DNA of 63,114 bases, the filler included, from Bigelowiella natans CCMP2755 (taxonomy: Eukaryota; Protista; Cercozoa): the NCBI GenBank assembly GCA_000320545.1. It is 6 parts of 6 records of this genome, joined end to end, with 100 filler letters (N's around TTAATTAATTAA, not from the genome) between each part and the next. Parts side by side here need not be neighbours in the genome. Positions count along the whole stretch, not along the records: positions 53,380 to 63,114 come from ADNK01002890.1; 5 more parts are not named here. One strand, written 5' to 3'. Position 1 is the first letter of the stretch; the number at the start of each line of letters is the position of its first letter. Under the pieces are notes generated by a model. That model worked only from the letters and a program-made list of their open reading frames with translations, ran no database searches and was not told where the DNA came from. Made by a program: the position numbers and the translations under genes. Below, piece after piece: positions 53,280 through 63,114 of this stretch.

Positions 53280-53379
53280 NNNNNNNNNNNNNNNNNNNNN
53301 NNNNNNNNNNNNNNNNNNNNNNNTTAATTAATTAANNNNNNNNNNNNNNNNNNNNNNNNNNNNNNNNNNNNNNNNNNNN
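53280..53379. other. Assembly gap / artificial contig linker
   Basis: Ns flanking TTAATTAATTAA. Confidence 0.97.
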
Positions 53380-53564
53380 GTAGTATTTGTTTTAGTAGTT
53401 TCACCTTCATAGAGCTGCACAATGTGCTTCCATTGCCCGACATTCTCAACGATTTGGATGTAAAGAGATATCGTCCATGAATTCTAAGATGGTGTGTTTC
53501 CCATACGAGAGGTTTGCGTGTGTGTGTGTGAATGTGTGTGAGTGTGAGTGTGAGTGTGTATGTG

Positions 53565-53597
<33 letters not shown>

Positions 53598-54333
53598 TCT
53601 GAGCTCATTATACCCCGACGATGCCGACTGATATAAGCTTCTTCATCACATTCCACATCTCACCTGAAAGAGAAAGTTACAATGCCTACTACGATAGGTA
53701 GGTGGACTGCATATATGAATATAATCAAACGACAGAAGAAAAGAAGAAGAAGAAGAAATAGAAGTAGAAGAGGAAGTGCCAAAGGGGAAGCAGCAAAGCA
53801 CCAGCAGCTGCTCATCATCATTAGCAGCCGTAGTAGCACTAAATCCATTCGAGGATTCACCGTCAGCATCATCATCATCATCATCATCAAGATATTATAA
53901 CCATTGCTTATTACCCCATTGTTGTTTCCTCGCACATGCCTCTAACATCGTATTAAAGGCAAACGTGTGCGTTTCGTTGTCGTCTTTGATTGACGAATGC
54001 GCTGAAGTCTCCAGGCTGCTGCTTTGGTCCTCCTTGCCCCCCCCCCGTATACCATCATTCTTGTTTCCTGCTTCCATATGCGCTAGCATGGAATCGACTC
54101 GTGTTTTGTTATCTCTGACAGCCTGATAGGCGAGGAGAAGAGGACATTCCTAAGCTCTAGTCTTACGGTAGTAAAGAGAGGCGAGAGGGGGGGGGGGTGC
54201 ATGCGATTTTCAGGTAAAATGCTTGCAGGTAGCAGCATACCCTGTGCAGAAGCTGTGAGTAGAGAGATATGAAATTTGGGAGCTCATCCTGCATAGATTG
54301 TGAGAGTTCTCATGAATGTGTATGAATCCATAT

Positions 54334-54373
<40 letters not shown>

Positions 54374-54778
54374 GTAAACGTGTATATGTAAATAGTTGCA
54401 TATAGGTGTGCCTTCATGTCGTTTATGATAATATGTAGATCTCTCCTTTGCTTACTACATAGCGCCTATTAATGACAAACGTGCACAAAGATGCTAGAAT
54501 GGAGATGGGGAAAGATGGAAAGACGTAAGAGAGGTTGGTGTTTCATGATAAATGCTGAAAGAACATCATTATTATTGGGATAGCACATCCGCGCGCGCGC
54601 TTGTGTGTGTTCGTGTGTGCGGGAATGTATGTGAAAATAAATAGCATAGTAACAATTTGCCGATAGAAAGACATCTAAATACCTGAATCGATGATTGATC
54701 GACGCTCGCTGCATAGCCACTATAACATGTTTGTTTGTGATAAGAAGAAAAGTGAGGGTCAGCATATGGGCATATATA

Positions 54779-54816
<38 letters not shown>

Positions 54817-55308
54817 TGTGCGTGTACAATTGTGTGCGGATACAAAGGGCAATCGTGCTCAGAATAAACGAATAAGAAGATATATCGTACGTGAATCGAT
54901 GGTAGGTAGGTGCCTCGTAGCTTGGCTCTCCAGCTATCCCCCCCCCCTGTGAGCTTCGAAGACTCCATTCTCGAAGCCGCAGAGAGGTGTCGATCTTTTC
55001 TTTCAACTCCTCGGATGGCTTCAGACCACTTAGCCTTGCAATGAGAATAAAAATCAGCAGAATTTAGTGAAACATGCATGTATTTGTTCATTAGTTATTC
55101 TCCTTCGTCCTTCCCCCAATCTCTCTGCCTATCCTCCTCACTTTCTCGGCATTCGAAGGGAGGGTTCACGCGATCGACGGTTCTCAGTAACAAGCCGTAG
55201 AGATGTGAAAGCGAGGAGAAGGAAGAGCAGTGTCGCTCTAAGTTTCCACAGACGTCTTCGAATGGGAAAGATAACATCTCTAGTCCTCGCCCTCTCCTCC
55301 CACTGCAT
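53380..55308 (-). CDS. 5' part of a hypothetical protein with an N-terminal hydrophobic leader; possibly PPR-like helical repeats
   Basis: ATG 55308 MQWEER...LRATLLFLLLAFTSLRLV. Later exons TFAFNTMLEACA and ENVGQWKHIVQLYE resemble PPR helices, but weakly. Confidence 0.3.
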
Positions 55309-57507
55309 CCGATGCTCGACTTTAAAGAACGCAGGAGGCCTTAGAGAGCCATCTTAGGTAGGAGAGCTATCTTACGTAAAGTGGATGTGGGGGGGGCTGG
55401 GAGAGCGAGAGGCGTTGGTGTTCCCGACAGAAATACGCTGGGTCTTATGGTCTGTGCTTTGGGGGGCGGCAAACTTCGTAAAAATATTTTCTAAAAATAA
55501 AACAAGATACGTTTAGCCAAATAAATAGGAGAACTGGTTGAAGTCGCTCGGGTAAATTCCTGATCGATGGAGGTACACTACAGAATGACGCCTTTTCTTA
55601 TTGTCGTTTTCCTGTTTTGTAGGCGTTTTTCTGGCATGAACTGGAAAGCGGGACATTTTCGCGTCGGGCATATTCTTACGACAATGTTCTGTCATTGTCG
55701 GTGTGGCAATATATCAGTCTTTTAGTAAAAATCTTGCCGGGCCTTTTTGCGAGTTTTCCCGAGTTTGAGTGGAGATTGGAGTTTGCTGGTAGCTTGTTTT
55801 TTCGAAATTTCCTATTGGGAATGTGCACAACGACATGGCTCAGAGGTAACCGAATATGAAAATCCTGTTAATCTCTACGGCCGGGGCTTTTCAGTGTAAA
55901 TGGCAATTTTCCTATCATGGATCTTTTCGGCTTAAAGTAAATATTATTTAATTATCACCTGAGACAACATCGGTGTCCAGTCTTCTGTTTAAAACTGGAC
56001 TTTCCTCTCCCGACAAGCTCCCAACGGAACCCTTTACCTGCATTCCCACCGAAATTACCGTAAGGAGTGGCATTCGTGCCTACCGACAACTTATCCCACT
56101 CTGCTTCAGCAAATAATGATCACCATTCTTAGCTTGCCATCATTGAAGATGGCTCTGGGAATGAAAAGCTGCAAAGCATTTGGCAGAGAGTCAAATAGAT
56201 AATGTTTTACCCATCTGATATTGGTAATATTTTGACCTAATGTAGATATTCGTCTTACACTTTTTGATTAGAACTTTTTCAATCAGGAATCGGATCTTTT
56301 ATTATTTATCGGATATATATCGTATAAAATATGTCCAATTTCACTAAAAACGACGTTGCTGGCCAATTTTGAGATGAAAATCGTGTATAGCTTTCATCAG
56401 AATTAATGGTGCTTTTAATAGACGACAGCAATATTTATTTTCTTATTGAGCTAATGTCCTTTATTTTGAAGTTTTCACGTTATCTTCGCGGATTGGCAAA
56501 TACGTCGATAGAAACAGGTTTCAGAGTCACAAATCGATGCTGGCGATTCATAGTGTCGGTACTGAATGATAAAAGACATGACATCTGATACATTTCAACA
56601 TAAAAAAATAAGTAATTTATACACTTTTTTAGATTTCTTTTCCTTTTTATTGTATCTTAAAAAGAGTCGTAACAAGAGAACTGGCCCAAAATACGAAAAC
56701 ACCCCTTTCTGCCCTCCATCACCAGAGGAGAGAAAAAGCGAGGGAACGGCCCTGAGAGAGTGAAAGAGTGAATAAACAAGAACTCTTAGGTTCATCAGAA
56801 GCCACTAGGGTGGGAGAAGACTTTAGTGGAAAAAAGAAGACAACCTGACAGAAAAGGCCTCCAACTGATACAAAAGCCACGTCGTCGTCGAGAAAAGGAA
56901 GACCAAGAATTATGATCTCTGCGATTCTCTTTACCGTCCTGGCGTTTACTTCGTCATGTGAGGCAGCCTTAACTCGCCCATCTGCAGCTGCGAGACCCAT
57001 TCCTGCATCACCATCCGCCTCGATTAAGGTTCTGAAGTGGAGACCTAACATTTCACATTGATGATATACATATTTTTTCTATTTCTATCTGTTTATATTT
57101 ATTTGTTTATTGTATCTATCTAATCCTTATACGATTCATTAGATGTTACGTCGAAGCAAACCGTCCCTCCGCCACCTGCTGTCTCCACGCGTTAAGTCAG
57201 AGACGTTCGATGAACGATCTGCTCCTCTAGCTTTCAAGCGAAACTTCTTCTCTAATAAATCATCTGATGAAATGGGTATTTCGAGGAAGTAGCTGATAGA
57301 GCACCATATCTTCTAGTTTTATTTTAAAAGCTGCAAATATTAGCAGTACGAAGAAGACAAGCATGATTTTTGATTCATAAGTCCGGAGCTCGCAAACATT
57401 TTAGTTTTCCATATTATTGTGAAGGGTGTCAGAGGGGAAAATATATTGGTTGATGGTTGGCCTCTAGTTACACACATACATAATGTTACTCGCTTTGGAA
57501 TTTACGT

Positions 57508-57792
57508 ATGATAGCTGCTGCCACCGCCTCGTTGGATGCTGTTATGGACGATATCAAAGACATGTCTTCTGATATGGTAAGAAAAACGATATGAAACGTG
57601 CATGTAGCATGTTGCGGATGCTTCGGTCGTTTCCTCTGAGTCCTTATTATCATTCGTCCTCAGGGTGCGAGTAAAAAGAAAGGCCCATCGATCTCCTCCA
57701 TCTTTGCAACGGGTAGTAGTAATAGTAGTAGCAGCACAATAGTTTTGCTACGGACTTGCGTTTGTTATTCACATGGTAATGAATCATATAGC

Positions 57793-57837
<45 letters not shown>

Positions 57838-57861
57838 AATGTTTAGTAATGTTTGGGATAC

Positions 57862-57899
<38 letters not shown>

Positions 57900-58214
57900 T
57901 TCATATGTATTAATTCCTTATCAGTGACGGGCGCTCTGAGTACCAGCATTCTTGCGCCATGGGTTAGGATATTCCTCCTGGATAGTTTACGTTGTTGTGC
58001 ATCAAATTGCATACATTGATTACTCACACATGCGAATAATAACAACAACAAAATACTAAAGCTCGACGGCGCAGAGTGTATACAGAGACACTCTAATGGA
58101 TGTCGTACTTGTGCATTTGATATGATGGCCAGGTTTTACCTCACGCGATTGCAGAGATTTGTGTTACGGGATCTGCTGTTACTATATTCACGGCATCATC
58201 AGCCGCCGAATTCA

Positions 58215-58248
<34 letters not shown>

Positions 58249-58384
58249 TGGTGGTGGTGGTATTGTTATAGGAATAGCCATGCCTCGTATTAATCACGCA
58301 CGTAAGAGATACACTTAAATTTGCACTGTGCGCAATGGTGGATATAATTACAAAAAAATGTTTGAGTTTGTATTTAGATATGTT

Positions 58385-58424
<40 letters not shown>

Positions 58425-59281
58425 GCACAGGGTAAAGAGGCGACAGCCGAGGCCAAAGAGGTAGCAATTCACAGATAACCTGATTGGACAACTACGCCTG
58501 CTCTTGCTATCCCCACCTCCCCTTCCTCATGAGCAAAAGGAAATTTTGGCAATGCATTTGATGGAAGCCATTGCGGTGTTCTTCGTCTACGCAACAACTA
58601 GTATAACTCTGAGTGCCCTCAGTGGAAAACGTAGTAGCATCATCAGTGTGATTTCAGTGAGAGCGGCCTCGTTATTAGTGCCGCTGCAGCAACAACAACA
58701 ACAAGTATCTACTACTACTATTACTACTGGCGATGTCCCTTATTCTTCGTCTTCCTCTTCCTCCTCTCCTCAGATCGCTTGTGTAGCACTTGCCAAGGCA
58801 GCGCGAGCGGAGATCCTTCTATCCCGAGCCGAGAAGTAAGATAGCACTGTTGTTGTAAGCGGTTCGTGCGACTGCTGTTGGTTTGTTTGGGGCTGCTCTA
58901 CACAGATGCTCAATACGTCATTCATTGCTTTCACCGTCTCTGAAAGCGTCTCTAAAATCACATTCATTACAACATAGGGCAAGATCAGTTATTCCCTTGA
59001 TGGTTGGGATCTCGGCATCTGCGGCAACCTTCTGCCTTATTTTCCCTCAACTCATACACAACGGGGTGGGTGGGGATATGAGGACCGATGATGATGATGA
59101 TGATGACGAAAACAACAATGATGATGATGATGGTGGTGGTGGTGACAAAATGATCCAAAAAGAAGAAGAATGAGACTAGACGATACCATAATGAAACATT
59201 CGCGTACACTTCCTACTCCTCTCGACTTGAGAGTCATGATTTCCACAGCTTGACTACTCACGATGAGCGTGTTATTTTATT

Positions 59282-59319
<38 letters not shown>

Positions 59320-59600
59320 AATCACTTATCTCCACCTCCCAATTCACACGTACTTCTGCTAACTAACGACACTGTCAAGACCCAAGATATATCGTGATGG
59401 GATTATTCGAGACGTTGTTGTTGTTGTTCTTGTTCTTGTTCTTCCTCCTTCTTCTTCATCTTCGTTCTTATTCTGCTACGATCGATACGATATATGCAGG
59501 TTGATGTCAACCCCTTGTTTATCTCTGCCTGTCCTATCATTGCTACTGCCGCGGCTGCCCTTGGTAAGTGACGATGACGGTCATTGATGGTGGGATATCG

Positions 59601-59636
<36 letters not shown>

Positions 59637-60648
59637 GAAGGAGTACAGGGGGGGGGGGAGACGAATAGTAGAGAGAAAAAGGAAATACTGAATGATGCGC
59701 CGTTACATTGTAAGTGATCTGTTGTTGTTCTAATATTATTATTACTAATAATAATAATAATAATAATAATACCGTTTTTCAACCATCAAACCACAACCCA
59801 TTGCAGGGGCTGCTGCCAGCGTAGAGACGCTTGCACAAGGTATTAAGGAGCATGGAATAAATGAACATATAATAAAAATGTGAAGAAAATATTTATATAT
59901 TTGTGTGTGTGTGTGTGTGTTTATTTATATATGTAAGAAAACTTGTTTGATATTGACGGGTTGTTTATACCTCAATGCCGTCGTTCATACTTAAAAAGGT
60001 CTCCTTGGTCTTGGAGAAAGAGGGCCTGATAGAATACTTTCCGTGCGAGAGGGCCACGAATCAACAGCTACGCCGAGAGGTGAGAGGAGGCGGTGGAGGA
60101 AGAAAGAGAACAAGAGAAACAAGATGGACAAGAGAGAAGAACAGAGTGGACGTTTGTTCACTTCTCCACCTTGTGAGCGTACACTTATGATAGTGCTTTT
60201 CTTTCGTGGGTGGAAGTAAAATATGTGCAGTGACTGCCTGTCGATTATATTAAATATTGCCCGTCTTTCCTTGATTTAGAATCCCTTCTTATTCTTTTCC
60301 TTCTTCCTCCTCCTCTTCCTCCTCCTCCTCCTCGTCTTTGCCGCAATAATCCCCACAACACTTTGTTGTTGTCGTTTGTAGGTGGCCATGCAGCGCATCG
60401 TGCCTATCAGTAAATCGGTGCTACCAGCAATCATTGCAGGGTGTGTATTATGTGTGGTAGTAGGTAGGTAGGTAGAATGAGGGGGTGGAGAGAGAGATGT
60501 ACTATTTCAAAAGTAATGATTAGAGCTATCATCATTATTGTTGTTTTTATCATTGATGTTGTTGTTGTTATTAATATTGTGATTTCCCTGCTCTCAGGTT
60601 GCTCCTCCCGTCCGCCTTCGTGAACAAATGTACGTGCGTGCAGTTGTG

Positions 60649-60688
<40 letters not shown>

Positions 60689-61208
60689 GCTATAAATTGG
60701 AGGGGTTTCTGCCCATGCGAGTGCATGTTTGTTGGTTACTACTAGATCATATGAACGAACGAATATACGACGATATAGGATTTGACACTCAAAACCTTTG
60801 TTAGAATTTGTAGTTGTAGTTGGTCATGTTCGGTATGATCATCATCCTCATCACCATCGTCGTCGTCGGCATCTAGGCATCATATCGTCTGCAATCTCTG
60901 CGGTTGCTGCAGCTTACAGCTTTGCTGAGGCAGAAGCAGTAAGGAGAGGACATTCGTCCACCAATCATATAAAGCACACACAAAAATACAATACACCACA
61001 AAACAAATGTGTATATACAAGGTGTATGTATTGAATATACGACACATCTATTTCTCATCGGTTTGTTTGCACGCAGGTGTGTGGAGAGTGCCTTGTCAAG
61101 TAGCAAACATTGCCAAGGCCTCTGCTAAGGTGGGGAGGGGCATCGTGACCATCAGTGCTCATCAAATGAAGAATCAACCAACCATTTTCATCTTAGTGAA
61201 TTTCGGAG

Positions 61209-61252
<44 letters not shown>

Positions 61253-62027
61253 TGAGCGCGCGCGAGCTCAATGATGATATGATAAATGATATTCTTCCAT
61301 GTTTTTGCCTTCTTGCTTACCCCCCCCCCCTCTCAGGGGGAGGTCCTTGCAAATGATGCCAAGTCTCAATCCGCTGTTCTTCCTTTCACATCCGCTGTCG
61401 CCGGTAAGAATGCCTAACGATGAACAAAATCCAAACGACGAGTTAGTACCAACGATGCACACTTCTCCACGTGCTTCGAGTAAAGCAGCTGCAGCAGCTG
61501 ATGATGATGAGTATTGACAACATATCAGGCCTTGCTCTTGCGGGCTCAGCCATCGTTTGCGAGTTTAATATGGCAGTAGCAGGATGGATTCCTTTGGTGG
61601 GTATTTAGAGTAGTAGTGGTAGCAGAAGGAGGACAACGACAACAGCAACAACAACAACAACAACAACATAGAAGATAGTCGTAGTAGCACGACTTGCCCG
61701 ATGTGAGAATCTTGTCATAAGTTGTTGGTTCTTATCTGCGACGGTGTGATTTCTATACCATCGTTTGCCTGGTGGTGTATCCTTGCGTAGGTCGGTGCTA
61801 TTGCTGCAGGTCTCTCCAATCAGGCCGCTGCTAAGTCAAGACAGGTACTTTTTACCCGTCATTCCGCCTCTCTCTCTCTCCCCCCCCCCCTTGTACCACT
61901 ACGTGGTGGGTGTTTGCCGATTTCGAGTTGAACTTACATCCACACCCAAGGTGGTAGCATATCCGTCTTCTTGGAGATGCAATATGCACTACTGATATAT
62001 GCAATAGCAATAAGAACTACAACAACG

Positions 62028-62069
<42 letters not shown>

Positions 62070-62400
62070 GATGCTGCTGATGCACGGCTAGCGTTCCTAG
62101 ATGAAAAATTGAAGAAAATGGCAAAGACTGATGAGGTTCGCCTCGATTCACTCGCAGATATCACTCTCACATCACACACGCAGCATGCAAAGTGGTCTCA
62201 TGATGGCTGAGCCTGCATTGGTTGCTGGGAGCTTGCTAATGATGATGATGACAATGATGATGACGATGATGATGATGATGATAACGGTGCAGATTCCTGA
62301 TCTTGCACTCAAAGTCATGCCTCCCCTACTGGTGAATATGGGTGTTGCTGGAGGAAGGATTCTTCGTAATACACCACACACAAACACGCACACGCACACA

Positions 62401-62449
<49 letters not shown>

Positions 62450-63114
62450 ATGATAATGATGATGATGACGACGAGGAGGATAATGATCATGATATGCGTA
62501 TACGAAGACACTAAATAACACACTGTATATCGATTTTGCGTCTTTGCTGTTGATGCTGCGTAGTGAATTCGATCCAGGACGGATTAGACCCGGAGAAGAA
62601 AGACAGGAGAACGGTCGGGAAAACATTGCCGATGAGATGACTATTTCTACAAAAATATGCACCAATTATAACAATACTCGCTGCACACACACACACACAC
62701 CGCATCTTTTTCCATATAAAAATATACAACGACAATACCAACGTGATAGGCTCTTCCGGCAACCGCTACCGGAGGAGCTTCTACCAGCACACAAAGCAGC
62801 TACACAGCAGGTATGCGACTTCATCGTCGTACAGTAAATAGGGGCAGTAGTAGTAGTAGTAGTAGTAGTAGTAGCAGTACACAATGCATTTCTCAACTTG
62901 AGCTTTAGTGAGCATCCATCGCCATCACCATTCTCTCTCATGACCCCATTCGTCTTCTTCAAGGCTCGAGCCAGCCTGCAACCTTGAAGCAGTGAGCATC
63001 AACGTCGAGGCCGAGTCTACGGATATGGAAGAGAGTGCTACCGCAGTTCCCCCACGCAAATCAAAGGTCTGTCAAAGGCGTACGCTATGGCATATGCGCA
63101 GTGTGAGCTTTGTG
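57508..63114 (+). CDS. Ala-rich multi-pass membrane protein of unknown function, many small exons
   Basis: Exons GKEATAEAKE / IACVALAKAARAEILLSRAE / RARSVIPLMVGISASAATFCLIFPQLI, LFISACPIIATAAAAL, GIISSAISAVAAAYSFAEAE and VGAIAAGLSNQAAAKS. Both ends uncertain. Confidence 0.5.

Noticed and set aside
30967-53379. Five identical TTAATTAATTAA motifs flanked by Ns
   Set aside because: Artificial stop-codon contig linkers, not a biological repeat; adjacency across them is unproven.
55500-57400. AT-rich region with short exon-like blocks
   Set aside because: Could not assemble a consistent reading frame or recognise a family.
400-63000. Many ORFs with poly-H/I/S, YIYI, CVCV, HTHT or LSLS runs
   Set aside because: Translations of intronic microsatellites.

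Overview
Intron-rich eukaryotic nuclear DNA, probably from a chlorarachniophyte alga. That assignment is inferred from a Tic40-like gene with a signal-peptide plus transit-peptide leader. Five artificial N~44-TTAATTAATTAA-N~44 linkers split the window into six contigs. Host genes are tightly packed and spliced. They include an ankyrin-repeat protein, a Gly/Ser-rich protein with a C-terminal EF-hand-like pair, a C2H2-finger/multi-TM protein, a PRL (PTP4A) phosphatase, a Tic40-like protein, a cNMP-binding-domain protein, a WW protein, a double-bromodomain DDT/WHIM protein, an MFS transporter and several unknowns. Many introns carry microsatellites. The main signal is a 2.28-kb stretch (31203-33483) with no TpA dinucleotide at all by manual scan. 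It contains an intronless Sel1-repeat gene in which every consensus Tyr reads Cys (TAY>TGY) or His (TAY>CAY). This points to saturating A>G change at TpA on both strands, with ApT as a secondary target. A second, partly erased island lies at 18011-19140 between ordinary host genes, and the TpA sites that survive there are mostly YTAR/CTAG. The pattern resembles a targeted, RIP-like genome-defence mutagenesis acting on adenine, the reverse direction of fungal RIP (CpA>TpA); I know of no description of such a system. All counts are manual and exon boundaries are approximate.
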